A stretch of DNA of 64,000 nt from an uncultured cyanobacterium (GTDB taxonomy: Bacteria; Cyanobacteriota; Cyanobacteriia; PCC-6307; Cyanobiaceae): NCBI GenBank assembly GCA_963697335.1, contig CAVONQ010000002.1:224001-288000 (forward strand). Direction: 5' to 3'. Of the stretch, positions 50,287 through 59,376 are shown in pieces; the stretch's first letter is position 1; every line of letters begins with the position of its first letter. The position numbers were made by a program, and so were the translations under genes. The notes beneath the pieces are model-generated. The model saw nothing but the letters and a program-made list of their open reading frames with translations. It was not told the origin of the DNA and made no database searches.

Positions 50287-50958
50287 TCAGGAGCTCCGGC
50301 GTCGCAGGGCGCCCTTCCAGCCGGCCAGGTGGCTGGCGGCGGCGGAACGGGCCAGGGTGCGGGCGGCGGGCAGGGCCGGCTGCAGCTGCCCGGAGCTGAA
50401 GGGGGGCAGGGAGCGGCTGCGCAGCCAGGCGCCCCAGCGGAACTCGTGGAAGGGGATCAGGGGCGCCGGCTCGATCACCCCCTCCTTCTTCAGGCGCCAC
50501 ACCAGGCTGCGGAAGGGGTCGTCCTGCAGGCCCAGCAGCTGGTCCGGCAGCACCGAGGCGGGCAGCGGACCGTGGCCGCGGCCGTCATAGAGGTACAACC
50601 AGCCGAGGCCAAGCAGGTGCTGGAGCACCGCGGCGCGGTCGCCCGTGGGCAGATCCAGCACCACATAGCCGAAGGCGGTGGCGGCTGGATCCAGTTCCAG
50701 CAGGGCCCGCAGACGGTGGTGGCGATCCACCATCCACACCTCCCCGGCGCTGCTGCGGGCCAGGGGCACCGGTTTGGTGCCGAGGTAGCGCTGGCGCTCG
50801 CCCCGGTCTTCGGCCTGGAAGTCGTTCTGACGGCTGCGCACTTCTGCCATGCCCACGCAGAGCTGGGTGGGCCGCAGGCTGGCCACGGGCAGCTCGATCA
50901 GGGGAGTGTCCGGCCGGGGTGGGGGCAGCTGCTGGTAGGGGGGGAGGCGCAGCGCCAT
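50287..50958 (-). CDS. ParB-like (ParBc_2) protein
   Basis: LRPTQ..VG..EV, DRHH, DDPFRSL, PFHEFRWG. Confidence 0.8.
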   Translation of the reverse strand: MALRLPPYQQLPPPRPDTPLIELPVASLRPTQLCVGMAEVRSRQNDFQAEDRGERQRYLGTKPVPLARSSAGEVWMVDRHHRLRALLELDPAATAFGYVVLDLPTGDRAAVLQHLLGLGWLYLYDGRGHGPLPASVLPDQLLGLQDDPFRSLVWRLKKEGVIEPAPLIPFHEFRWGAWLRSRSLPPFSSGQLQPALPAARTLARSAAASHLAGWKGALRRRSS

Positions 50959-51021
50959 CGGCGAGGACGGACCGGATCGGTGCCATCCTCGCCCGGAACG
51001 CCCTGGAGCGCCCAAAAGGGC

Positions 51022-51225
51022 TCAGCCCTGGCTCAGCAGGGTGCCGAGGCCGATCTGGTGCAGGATGCCCTGGCCGGTGATGGCCTCGGTGAGCACGCCG
51101 ATCACAAAGCCGAGCATGGCGGCGCGGCCGTTGAAGCGCTCGGCCCGCTGGAGCTGCTCGGAGTGGATCTGGGCGGCGGCGGCGTTCTGGAACCAGCGAT
51201 CGTCGGCCTGGGAGGAGGAGGTCAT
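51022..51225 (-). CDS. hli: High-light-inducible protein (HLIP/Scp)
   Basis: AERFNGRAAMLGF...E.ITGQG. Confidence 0.93.
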   Translation of the reverse strand: MTSSSQADDRWFQNAAAAQIHSEQLQRAERFNGRAAMLGFVIGVLTEAITGQGILHQIGLGTLLSQG

Positions 51226-51381
51226 GGCGGCGGAAGTAACGATGTCATCATGTTACGAAAGACTGCGAAATCTTGACGGTTGGGATGTTTTGGTTCCCTG
51301 ATCTTTGATCTAAGGGTTTCTGATCGGAGTGGCTGGGGCTCGGCGGGGGCGGCGATAGGGTCGTCGCAGGCTTCCGCTGCC

Positions 51382-52488
51382 ATGAGTTCACCGGCTTCCG
51401 CTTCGTTTCTGGCCGATGCCGCCCTGACGGCCGGCGCCGGTTCCCTCGGGGTGCTGGTGTGTGGCCACGGCAGCCGCAACCGCCTGGCGGTGGCCGAGTT
51501 TGCCGCCCTGGCTGAGCAGCTGCAGCAGCGGCTGAGGCCGGTGCCCCTGGAGTACGGCTACCTGGAGTTCGCCAGGCCGATCCTGCGCGACGGTCTGGAG
51601 GCCTTGCGCCGTCGCGGTGCGGAGCACATCCTGGCGGTGCCGGCGATGCTGTTTGCGGCGGGCCATGCCAAGAACGACATCCCTTCGGTGCTCAACACCT
51701 ACGCCGCCGAGACTGGACTGCGCATTGATTACGGCCGGGAGCTCGGGGTGGATCGCCGCATGATCCAGGCCGCCGGGGCCCGGATCCGGGAGGCCCTCGC
51801 CAGCGCCCCCAGCCCCGTGCCCCTGCAGGACACCCTGCTGGTGGTGGTGGGGCGCGGGTCGTCCGACCCCGACGCCAACTCCAACGTGGCCAAGGTCACC
51901 CGCATGCTGGTGGAGGGCTTTGGCTTCGGCTGGGGCGAAACGGTGTACTCAGGCGTCACCTTTCCCTTGGTGGAGCCAGGCCTGCGCCAGGCGGTGCGTC
52001 TGGGCTACCGCCGGGTGGTGGTGTTTCCCTACTTCCTGTTTTCGGGCGTGTTGGTGAGCCGGATCGTGCAGCACACCGAGCGCGTGGCGGCCGATCATCC
52101 CGATGTGGAGTTCATTCAGGCCGCCTATTTAGGCGACCATCCCCATGTGCTCGACACCTTCGAAGAGCGGGTGATGGATGTGGTGCGGGGCGACACCGCC
52201 ATGAACTGCTCCCTCTGCAAATACCGGGCCCAGGTGCTCGGCTTTGAAACAGATGTGGGGGCGCCGCAGCACAGCCACCACCACCACGTGGAAGGGCTCA
52301 CGGATGGCTGTGACCTGTGCGAGCGCGAATGCACGGGAGCCTGCCAGCCCGATGGGGTTCCCATCCCGTTGGGGGCCGCGGCCACAGACCACGGCCATGC
52401 CCATGGGCACCACCACCACCCCGCCTACCCCCACGCCGACCACCCCCTGGGCCCCCGCACCCTGCGCTCCGGTGGCGCGACGGGGTAG
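51382..52488 (+). CDS. cbiX: Sirohydrochlorin cobaltochelatase CbiX
   Basis: GHGSR, GHAKNDIP, GRGSSD, MNCSLC, His-rich tail. Confidence 0.92.
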   Translation: MSSPASASFLADAALTAGAGSLGVLVCGHGSRNRLAVAEFAALAEQLQQRLRPVPLEYGYLEFARPILRDGLEALRRRGAEHILAVPAMLFAAGHAKNDIPSVLNTYAAETGLRIDYGRELGVDRRMIQAAGARIREALASAPSPVPLQDTLLVVVGRGSSDPDANSNVAKVTRMLVEGFGFGWGETVYSGVTFPLVEPGLRQAVRLGYRRVVVFPYFLFSGVLVSRIVQHTERVAADHPDVEFIQAAYLGDHPHVLDTFEERVMDVVRGDTAMNCSLCKYRAQVLGFETDVGAPQHSHHHHVEGLTDGCDLCERECTGACQPDGVPIPLGAAATDHGHAHGHHHHPAYPHADHPLGPRTLRSGGATG

Positions 52489-52570
52489 TCGGCCGCACCT
52501 GGCGCAGTTGTCTCGCGTGGGGGGGTCGGTGCTCCCGGCCCCCCAGATCAGCAAGGCTGATCATCGAAGG

Positions 52571-52621
52571 CTTTCCCCATGTTTCGGGGCTTTTCCCCAG
52601 ATCCGGAGGGGGTTTTCCCCA
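52571..52621 (+). promoter_or_regulatory. Triple direct repeat (C/T)TTTCCCCA, spacing 20/22 bp, upstream of DUF2811 copy 2
   Basis: CTTTCCCCA 52571-79, TTTTCCCCA 52591-99, TTTTCCCCA 52613-21. Confidence 0.6.
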
Positions 52622-52859
52622 GAACGGTGCCGCCGATGACCGTTGCGGCGTGGGGGCTGGGGATTTCTGCGATCTGTTCAGCTTCGTCTTGACAGCGTGG
52701 CGCTGGGTCGGTCCCGGCTCGGCAGCCGCTGGTTCAGCTCACCAGGATCTGCTGCGCGGCAGGAAGTCTCAGCCTGCAATGCCCTGCCGAGGCCAGGGCG
52801 CTCCGGCTTTGACGGCGGCTCGCGGATGTGGCGTACTGGGCCCCACTGCCGCAGCGCCG

Positions 52860-53114
52860 ATGCCGATGGACTGCACCCCTTCCCCTGCCGGAGAGCCTGA
52901 GGCTGGTGATGGCGCCAGGGGAGAGTCCGCGGCGGTTCTGGAGAGCGAGGTGGCAGATGTGGTGTTCAGCGCGCTGCAGCGCTTTCTTGCTACTCACCCA
53001 GGCTGGAATCAGCATGGCTTCACGACTTCGGCCCTGGCCACCTTTCTGTTCCAGAACGGTTGCACCGATGCCTGCGTGCAACAGCACTACCTGAATAGTC
53101 TTTTCATGCTCTGA
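52860..53114 (+). CDS. DUF2811 family protein (second paralog)
   Basis: LESEV...VF.ALQRFL..HPGWNQ....SALATFLFQNG......YLNSLF. Confidence 0.8.
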   Translation: MPMDCTPSPAGEPEAGDGARGESAAVLESEVADVVFSALQRFLATHPGWNQHGFTTSALATFLFQNGCTDACVQQHYLNSLFML

Positions 53115-53186
53115 GGCGCAACGACGAAGCGGACTCTGAACGTCCACTGCCAGCCAGCCGCGCCGGCCGCTGCTGCAATCGCCCAT

Positions 53187-53218
53187 AAAAAAAGAGCGAA
53201 GGCGCCAACCTTCGCTCT
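53187..53218 (-). terminator. Rho-independent terminator
   Basis: GAGCGAAGG-TTGGCG-CCTTCGCTC-TTTTTTT. Confidence 0.9.
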
Positions 53219-53252
53219 CGTTCTCCCTTGCCCGACCCTGTTAAAGGTCGCT
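53187..53252 (-). ncRNA. Candidate ~66-nt small RNA
   Basis: 5' hairpin CGACC/GGTCG, purine-rich linker GGCAAGGGAGAAC, terminator hairpin plus T7, upstream class II promoter layout. Confidence 0.5.
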
Positions 53253-53257
53253 CAGTC

Positions 53258-53300
53258 ATTGTGCGGAGTGGCGCCCTGAACGGTTGTGCCAACAGACACA
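53258..53300 (-). promoter_or_regulatory. CRP/NtcA-family palindrome + 22 nt + -10-like hexamer
   Basis: T-GTG-TCTGTTGG-CAC (53300-53286), 22-nt spacer, CACAAT (53263-53258). Confidence 0.5.
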
Positions 53301-53364
53301 GGAATCGCCCGGCTGTGCCTGTCTCCTGACGCAGCGGCCCCGGATGGTCCCCCCGGCACTGGGC

Positions 53365-54999
53365 TCAGTCCCCCCGGACCAGCCGCTGGCAGGCGGCCTC
53401 GCAGGCCCGCCAGGTGATCGCCATCGCCGTGAGCGTGGGGCTCTGCCAGCCGGCGCCAGGCCAGCAGGCCCCGTCCACCACCAGCACATTGGGAGCCCGC
53501 CAGCACTGGTTGAAGGGATTCACCACGCCCTCTTCCTCCCTGGCGGCCATGCGGGCGCCGCCCAGCTCATGGATGTAGTAGCCGGGCGGGGCAGCACCCT
53601 GGCCCGCGGCATGGCTGCGGAGGATCCAGGGCTCCAGCAGGGGCAGCACGAACAGGTCTTCGAGCGGGCGGATCGTGCCCCCAGCCGCGGCCACCACCGC
53701 CGCCATCCGCCCCTGCATGTGGGCCACCATGGCGGTTTCATTGGGTCCCCAGCCCATGGAGATGTGCGGTGTGGGCAGCCCCCAGGCATCGCTCTGGTCG
53801 CTGTTCAGGGTGACCCGGTTGTCGGCCCGGGGCAGCACCTCGCCATGGCCGATCAGGAAGCCCACGGCCTCGCCGCGGCGGCGCTGCAGCAGGCTGGGCG
53901 GATCGAAGCGCTGCACCGCCGCCCAGATGCCGTAGCCGCGCTGGAAGCCCTCCTGGCTTGCCCCGTCAAGGTTCACGGTGTTGGGGATGAAGCAGCTGCC
54001 GGCGCCGGAGAGCTCGGCCGGTTCCGCAGGTTGCTCCAGGTCGGGAATCGAGAAGAAGCGGCTGCTGGACACGTGGTCCATCAGATAGTGCCCCAGGCTG
54101 CCGGAGGGATCGATCAACCCGCCGCTCCTGCAGGCCTCGCCGGAGTGCAGCAGGATCCGCAGGGTCTCGATCGTGGAGGCGCACAGCACCAGCAGCGGAG
54201 CCTGCAGCTCCTGCCGTTCGCCGCTGTGGCTGTCGATCACCACCACGCCCCGGGCCCGCCCCTGGCCCGGCTCCATCACCAGATGGCTCACCAGGGCGCC
54301 GCTGCGCACCGCGGTGCGGCCAGTGGCCAGGGCCCGGGCCAGGGTGCTGCCGGGGCTCGACGAGCGGCTCCAGCCCGGGCCGCGGTGCAGGTTGAAGCCC
54401 CGCGAGTGGATCAGGGGCAGGTCCAGGTCGCGGCCGATCGCCTGGCGCAGGTGCTGTTCGCCCGGGGTGAGGGGCAGGGGATCGAGGAACTGGCCATCGG
54501 GGAGCTGGGGCAGGCCGTCGGCCTGGCCGTGCACCCCGAGCAACCGCTCCAGGCGGTCGTAGTAGGGGGCCAGATCCGGCTCGTCGATCGGCCAGCTCGG
54601 ACCACAGCCATCGCGTTCGCCGGCCTTGAATTCGTGGTGGCTCAGCCGCAGGGTGATGCCACCCCAGGTGAGGCTCTTGCCGCCGAGCTGGCGGCCGCGG
54701 GTCCAGAGGAAGGGGCGCTCAGGCGGGGTGGAATAGGGATTGAGCCGCTCGTCGGCGAACAGTTCGGGGTTGTTCTTCCAGTAACCGGGGTGGTGGGCCT
54801 GCAGGCGCTGACGGCCACTGGCGAGATGGGCAACCCGCCTCAGGCTGTTGAGCGGCTCGGCGCCGCGGGCGCGGGCGGCGCCGAGCTCCGCCCCGGCCTC
54901 GAGCACCAGCACCCGCAGGCCAGCCTCCGCCAGCACCATGGCCGCCACCCCACCGGTGGCGCCGGAACCCACCACGATGGCGTCAGGGCGCTCTGTCAT
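53365..54999 (-). CDS. GMC family FAD oxidoreductase
   Basis: VVGSGATGG, GGKSLTWGG, YLMDH, HELGGARM, NVLVVDGA, PTLT.MA. Confidence 0.9.
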   Translation of the reverse strand: MTERPDAIVVGSGATGGVAAMVLAEAGLRVLVLEAGAELGAARARGAEPLNSLRRVAHLASGRQRLQAHHPGYWKNNPELFADERLNPYSTPPERPFLWTRGRQLGGKSLTWGGITLRLSHHEFKAGERDGCGPSWPIDEPDLAPYYDRLERLLGVHGQADGLPQLPDGQFLDPLPLTPGEQHLRQAIGRDLDLPLIHSRGFNLHRGPGWSRSSSPGSTLARALATGRTAVRSGALVSHLVMEPGQGRARGVVVIDSHSGERQELQAPLLVLCASTIETLRILLHSGEACRSGGLIDPSGSLGHYLMDHVSSSRFFSIPDLEQPAEPAELSGAGSCFIPNTVNLDGASQEGFQRGYGIWAAVQRFDPPSLLQRRRGEAVGFLIGHGEVLPRADNRVTLNSDQSDAWGLPTPHISMGWGPNETAMVAHMQGRMAAVVAAAGGTIRPLEDLFVLPLLEPWILRSHAAGQGAAPPGYYIHELGGARMAAREEEGVVNPFNQCWRAPNVLVVDGACWPGAGWQSPTLTAMAITWRACEAACQRLVRGD

Positions 55000-55009
55000 C
55001 GGCGCGAGC

Positions 55010-56341
55010 TCAGCTGCCCGAGAGGCTGGCATCCAGCCGGATCAGGCTCTGCAGCAGCACATTCACGCCCTGTTCGCACTGCTCCGGCGTGGTGAACTCC
55101 GCGGCGGAGTGGGACACGCCATCGCGGCTGGGCACGAAGATCATGCCCATGGCGGTGAGCCTGCCCAGCTCCTGGGAGTCGTGGCTGGCGCGGCTGGGCA
55201 GGTGGGTGTGGCTCAGCCCCAGCTGCTGGCAGCTCTCGGTGATCAACTCCTGCACCATCGGATCGGCGGGGCTGGGATCCACCACGAACTGGGGTGTCAT
55301 CGCGATGCGGGTGCGGCTGGCCACAGCGATGTTCTCGATCTTCCGCTCCAGGTGGGCGCGCATGTGGTCGATCACGCTGTGGGAGAGGTCGCGCATGTCG
55401 AGGGTGAACTCCACCCGTCCCGGCACGATGTTGGCGGCATTGGGCCATACCTGCAGCTTGCCCACCGTGGCCACCGGATCGCCGGGGAAGTGGAGGGCCA
55501 TGTCCTCCACTGCCAGGATGATCTGGGCCGCGGTGGTGAGGGCATCGCGCCGCATGCCCATCGGCGTGGTGCCGGCGTGATTGGCCTGGCCGGTCACGCT
55601 GATCGTGTAGCGCTGCTGGCCCACAACGCCCTCCACCACGCCGATGTCCTTGCCCACGGCCTCCAGCACGCCCCCCTGCTCCACATGCAGCTCCACGAAG
55701 GCGGCGATCTCCCCGGGCGCCCGGCGGGCGCTGGCGCGGTGCTCCCAGGAGCCGCCGATGCTGGCCAGGCCCTCCTGAATGGGCACCCCCAGGGCCGTGG
55801 TGTAGCTGCTGGGGTCGTCGGAAGCGCGGCCCACCAGGCTCTTGCAGCCCACCATGGTGCTCTCCTCATCGGCGAACACGATCAGCTCGAGCGGGTGCTG
55901 CAGGCGCTGGTTGTGCTCCGAGAGCACCCGCACCACCTCCAGCCCGGCCAGCACGCCCAGGGCGCCGTCGTAGTGGCCCCCCTCCGGCACCGTATCGATG
56001 TGGGAGCCGGTGGCCAGCACGGGGGCTCCCGGCTCGAGGCCCTCGTAGCGGCCGATCATGTTGCCGGCGGCGTCGATGCGCACCGCCATGCCCGCCTGCT
56101 CCATCCAGCCCTGCACCAGGGCGCGGGCGGCGCGGTCTTCATCGCTGAAGGCCAGCCGCCGCACGGCCCCGGAGGGCACCCGGCCGATGCTGGCCAGGGC
56201 TTCGAGGTTGAGGGCCAGGCGTTCACCGTCGGCCCGCAGCGCCAGCAACGAGCTGACCGCGGCCAGGGAGGCGGTGTCGCTGCCGAGATGGCCGTTGCTG
56301 AGGGGGCCTGGGCCCAGGGGAGCGGCGCTAAGCTGAGTCAT
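55010..56341 (-). CDS. Zn-dependent N-carbamoyl-L-amino acid amidohydrolase (M20; hydantoinase/carbamoylase family)
   Basis: GSHIDTVPEGG.YDG.LGV, DEE, ELHVEQG, HAGTTPM..RRDA, S.ASHD, G.SH. Confidence 0.92.
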   Translation of the reverse strand: MTQLSAAPLGPGPLSNGHLGSDTASLAAVSSLLALRADGERLALNLEALASIGRVPSGAVRRLAFSDEDRAARALVQGWMEQAGMAVRIDAAGNMIGRYEGLEPGAPVLATGSHIDTVPEGGHYDGALGVLAGLEVVRVLSEHNQRLQHPLELIVFADEESTMVGCKSLVGRASDDPSSYTTALGVPIQEGLASIGGSWEHRASARRAPGEIAAFVELHVEQGGVLEAVGKDIGVVEGVVGQQRYTISVTGQANHAGTTPMGMRRDALTTAAQIILAVEDMALHFPGDPVATVGKLQVWPNAANIVPGRVEFTLDMRDLSHSVIDHMRAHLERKIENIAVASRTRIAMTPQFVVDPSPADPMVQELITESCQQLGLSHTHLPSRASHDSQELGRLTAMGMIFVPSRDGVSHSAAEFTTPEQCEQGVNVLLQSLIRLDASLSGS

Positions 56342-56547
56342 GGAAAGGACCGTATCGGCTGAGGAGAATCGGCTGATCAGGGTGCGGGCGATTCCCCTTG
56401 ATCCATCCGGCCGGAGGCGGGTCTGATCAAAGGTGCCCTTAGGCACAAACTCACGGACCAGGATCGTCAATCATCTCCAGAACCTAATTCTCCGCATCAC
56501 GCGTGGTGGACCCCATGGGCCCATCACGTCCAACCCACCCACCTGCG

Positions 56548-57294
56548 ATGACCTACTCGATCGTTGCCTGGGACAGCCCCACCGGGATGACCGGTGTGGG
56601 CGTAGCCACCCGCCACCTGGCCGTGGGATCCCTCGTACCCCACGCCAGACCTGGTGTGGGGGCCGTGGCCACCCAGGCCGGCACCAACCCCTATTTCGGT
56701 CCGTGGGGCCTGGATCGGTTGGAGCAGGTTCAGCAGCAGAGCGGCGGGGAGCTGGGGGCTGAGGCGGTGCTGGAGTCGTTGCTGCAGGACGATCCGGGGC
56801 GGGATGGCCGCCAGGTGCACCTGGTGGACAGCCAGGGCCGCACCGCCGCCTGGACAGGCCCCGACTGCGCCGGCCTCGCGGCCCATCGCTGCTATCCCGG
56901 CTTTTCGGTCGCGGGCAATTACCTCGCCTCCGAGCTGGTGCTGCTGGCCATGGCCGAGGCCTACATGGCCGCCGAGCGCCATGGTCTGGCCCTGGAGGAA
57001 CGCCTGATGGCGGCTCTGGAGGCGGCTGAAGCCCACGGCGGCGACTATCGAGGCCGTCAGTCGGCCGCCCTGCTGGTGATGCACCAGGAGAGCTATCCCC
57101 ACATCGACTTCCGGGTGGACCATCACCCTGAGCCGCTGGTGGCGCTGCGCGAGATCCTGGCCGAAACCAGCCAGCCCTACTACACCGGTTTCCGCGCCAC
57201 CCTGCCCACCACCCTCGGGGTGGCCCAGACCGCAGAGCTTCCAGCGGCAGGGGTGGAGTCGCCTCAGCCGCCCGACATGCCGATCAGCGCGTAG
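56548..57294 (+). CDS. DUF1028 Ntn-hydrolase-like protein
   Basis: MTYSIVA, GAVATQA, AAWTG, AGN, GGDYRGRQSAAL, RVDHH. Confidence 0.88.
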   Translation: MTYSIVAWDSPTGMTGVGVATRHLAVGSLVPHARPGVGAVATQAGTNPYFGPWGLDRLEQVQQQSGGELGAEAVLESLLQDDPGRDGRQVHLVDSQGRTAAWTGPDCAGLAAHRCYPGFSVAGNYLASELVLLAMAEAYMAAERHGLALEERLMAALEAAEAHGGDYRGRQSAALLVMHQESYPHIDFRVDHHPEPLVALREILAETSQPYYTGFRATLPTTLGVAQTAELPAAGVESPQPPDMPISA

Positions 57295-59330
57295 GCCGGC
57301 TCTGCCTGATCGGCAGCCCCGGGCCTCCAGCCCAGCCGGTCGGCCAGTTCCCTGGCCTGGGCGGGCACATCGGCGGCCACGAACAGCTCGTGCATGATCT
57401 GCACGCCGATCAGGTGATTGATCACGGCGTCGAGCTGCACCCGCGTTGCCGGGCTGGTGGCGGGATCGTCGTGGCGGGCGAACAGCGCCGCCACCCCCGC
57501 CCGATCCAGCAGCCCGGCCCGCTCGATGGCCTCGGCGCTGAGGTGGCGGTCGGCCAGCACCTGCATGGCGGCGCGCTTCTCGGGGTCGGCGTGGGCCGGT
57601 GGGGCCATGAAGGCAAACTTCTCGCGGCGGTAGAGCTGCTCGGGCAGCAGGCCGCGCATGGCCTCGCGCAGCACGTATTTCTCCGTTTTGCCCTTGATGC
57701 GCAGCTCCGGCGGCACCTGCACGGCAACGGCGGCCAGATGGTGGTCGAGGAAGGCGGGGCGCGCCTCCATGGCGTGGGCCATGTCCACCCGGTCGCCGCC
57801 CCAGGTGAGGATCTGGCCCTCCAGCATCGTTTTGATCCACACATACTGGGCCCTGTCGAGGGCATGGCGGCCCTCGAGTTGGGAGGGATCGAGGCTGGCG
57901 GCGATGGCGGCGCCGGGCTCATAGCCGGCGCAGGCCTGGCGGTGCAGCGGAGCCAGCAGGGCCGGCACCAGGGGAGCGCAGGCCAGCCAGGGCTGGAGGC
58001 AGCTGGGCGTGAAGCCCACCACGGCCTCCAGGGCCGGATCGTGCACCTGCTCCTCGGCCAGCATCGCCCCCTGCACCAGCTGGTTGGCCTCCTGCAGCAG
58101 CTGCTCCCACTCCTGGCGATCGGCCTCCGGCAGGTCCTGCAGCCCGTGCAGGAACATGTCGCGACGGAAGGCGGGATACCCCCCGAACAGCTCATCGGAG
58201 CCCTCGCCGGTCATCACCACCTTGTAGTGGGAGCGGTTGACCTCGCGGCTCATCAGGAATTTGGCCACCGCCAGGGTGTTGTAGATCGTGCGCTCGGTGT
58301 GCCAGATCGTGGCCTCCAGGTGGCCGTAGAGCTCATGGCCGGAGAGCCGCATCACCAGTTGGTCGGCGCCGGTGGCCTCGGCCATCGAGGTGGCGATCGG
58401 GGTTTCGTCGTAGCGGCTGTCGTCGAAGCCGATCGTGAACGCCTTCACCGGGTTCTGGCTCACCGCGGCGGCCAGGCCCAGGATCGAGCAGGAGTCGATG
58501 CCGCCGGAGAGGTAACAGCCCACGGGCACATCGGCCACCATGCGCACTTCCACGGCTTCCAGCAGGGCCTGGCGCACGGCGGCGATGTGGTCGGCCTCCG
58601 TGCGGTCGGGATCGCGCTCGCCGCTGCGGGGGAAGTCCACGTCCCAGTAGGGCTGGTCGTCGATGCTGAAGCGCCCGTCGTGGCGGCGCACGGTGAGCAC
58701 GTGGCCGGGTTTGAGCTGGTGCACCCCCTCAAAGGCCGTGGTGCCCGGCACCATGGTCTGCATCAGCTGGTGGAACAGGCCTTCGGAGCTGAAGCGCCGT
58801 TGCACGCCGGGGTGGGCGAACAGCACCTTGAGCTCGGAGCCGAACACCAGGCCCTCCTCGGTGAGGGTCCAGTACTGGGGCTTGACGCCGAAGCGGTCGC
58901 GCACCAGGTAGAGGCTGTCGAGGCGGCTGTCGAACAGGGCGAAGGCGAACTCCCCGCGCAGCAGCGGCAAGCTGGCTTCCAGGCCCCGCTGCTGGTAGAG
59001 CCGCAGCAGGATCTCGGAATCGCTCTTGCTGCTGAAGTGATGGCCCTGGGCCGTGAGCGAGGCGCGGATCGCCTGGAAGTCGTAGAACTCACCGTTGTGG
59101 GCCATCAACAGCTGGCCGTCCTCAGACACAAACGGCTGGCGGCCGCGGTTGGCATCGAGGTCGATGATCGAGAGGCGGGCATGGCAGAAGCCCACGCCCT
59201 GATCCGGCAGGCCCCTCACGCCGAAGCCATCGGGGCCCCGGTGAACCTGGATCGCCGCCATGTTGACGAGCACCTGCTCGTCGATCGGCTGCTGGGGCTG
59301 GAGCTGAAATACTCCCCCGATGCCACACAT
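57264..59330 (-). CDS. asnB: Asparagine synthase-like glutamine-dependent amidotransferase
   Basis: MCGI Ntn Cys, HRGPD, RLSIID, NGEFY, SDSE, LSGGIDS, TGEGSDELFGGY. Confidence 0.93.
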   Translation of the reverse strand: MCGIGGVFQLQPQQPIDEQVLVNMAAIQVHRGPDGFGVRGLPDQGVGFCHARLSIIDLDANRGRQPFVSEDGQLLMAHNGEFYDFQAIRASLTAQGHHFSSKSDSEILLRLYQQRGLEASLPLLRGEFAFALFDSRLDSLYLVRDRFGVKPQYWTLTEEGLVFGSELKVLFAHPGVQRRFSSEGLFHQLMQTMVPGTTAFEGVHQLKPGHVLTVRRHDGRFSIDDQPYWDVDFPRSGERDPDRTEADHIAAVRQALLEAVEVRMVADVPVGCYLSGGIDSCSILGLAAAVSQNPVKAFTIGFDDSRYDETPIATSMAEATGADQLVMRLSGHELYGHLEATIWHTERTIYNTLAVAKFLMSREVNRSHYKVVMTGEGSDELFGGYPAFRRDMFLHGLQDLPEADRQEWEQLLQEANQLVQGAMLAEEQVHDPALEAVVGFTPSCLQPWLACAPLVPALLAPLHRQACAGYEPGAAIAASLDPSQLEGRHALDRAQYVWIKTMLEGQILTWGGDRVDMAHAMEARPAFLDHHLAAVAVQVPPELRIKGKTEKYVLREAMRGLLPEQLYRREKFAFMAPPAHADPEKRAAMQVLADRHLSAEAIERAGLLDRAGVAALFARHDDPATSPATRVQLDAVINHLIGVQIMHELFVAADVPAQARELADRLGWRPGAADQAEPAYALIGMSGG

Positions 59331-59376
59331 AGATCGTCTCCTGGATGAAAGCTTGTACGGCTGAACGTGGCGGACT

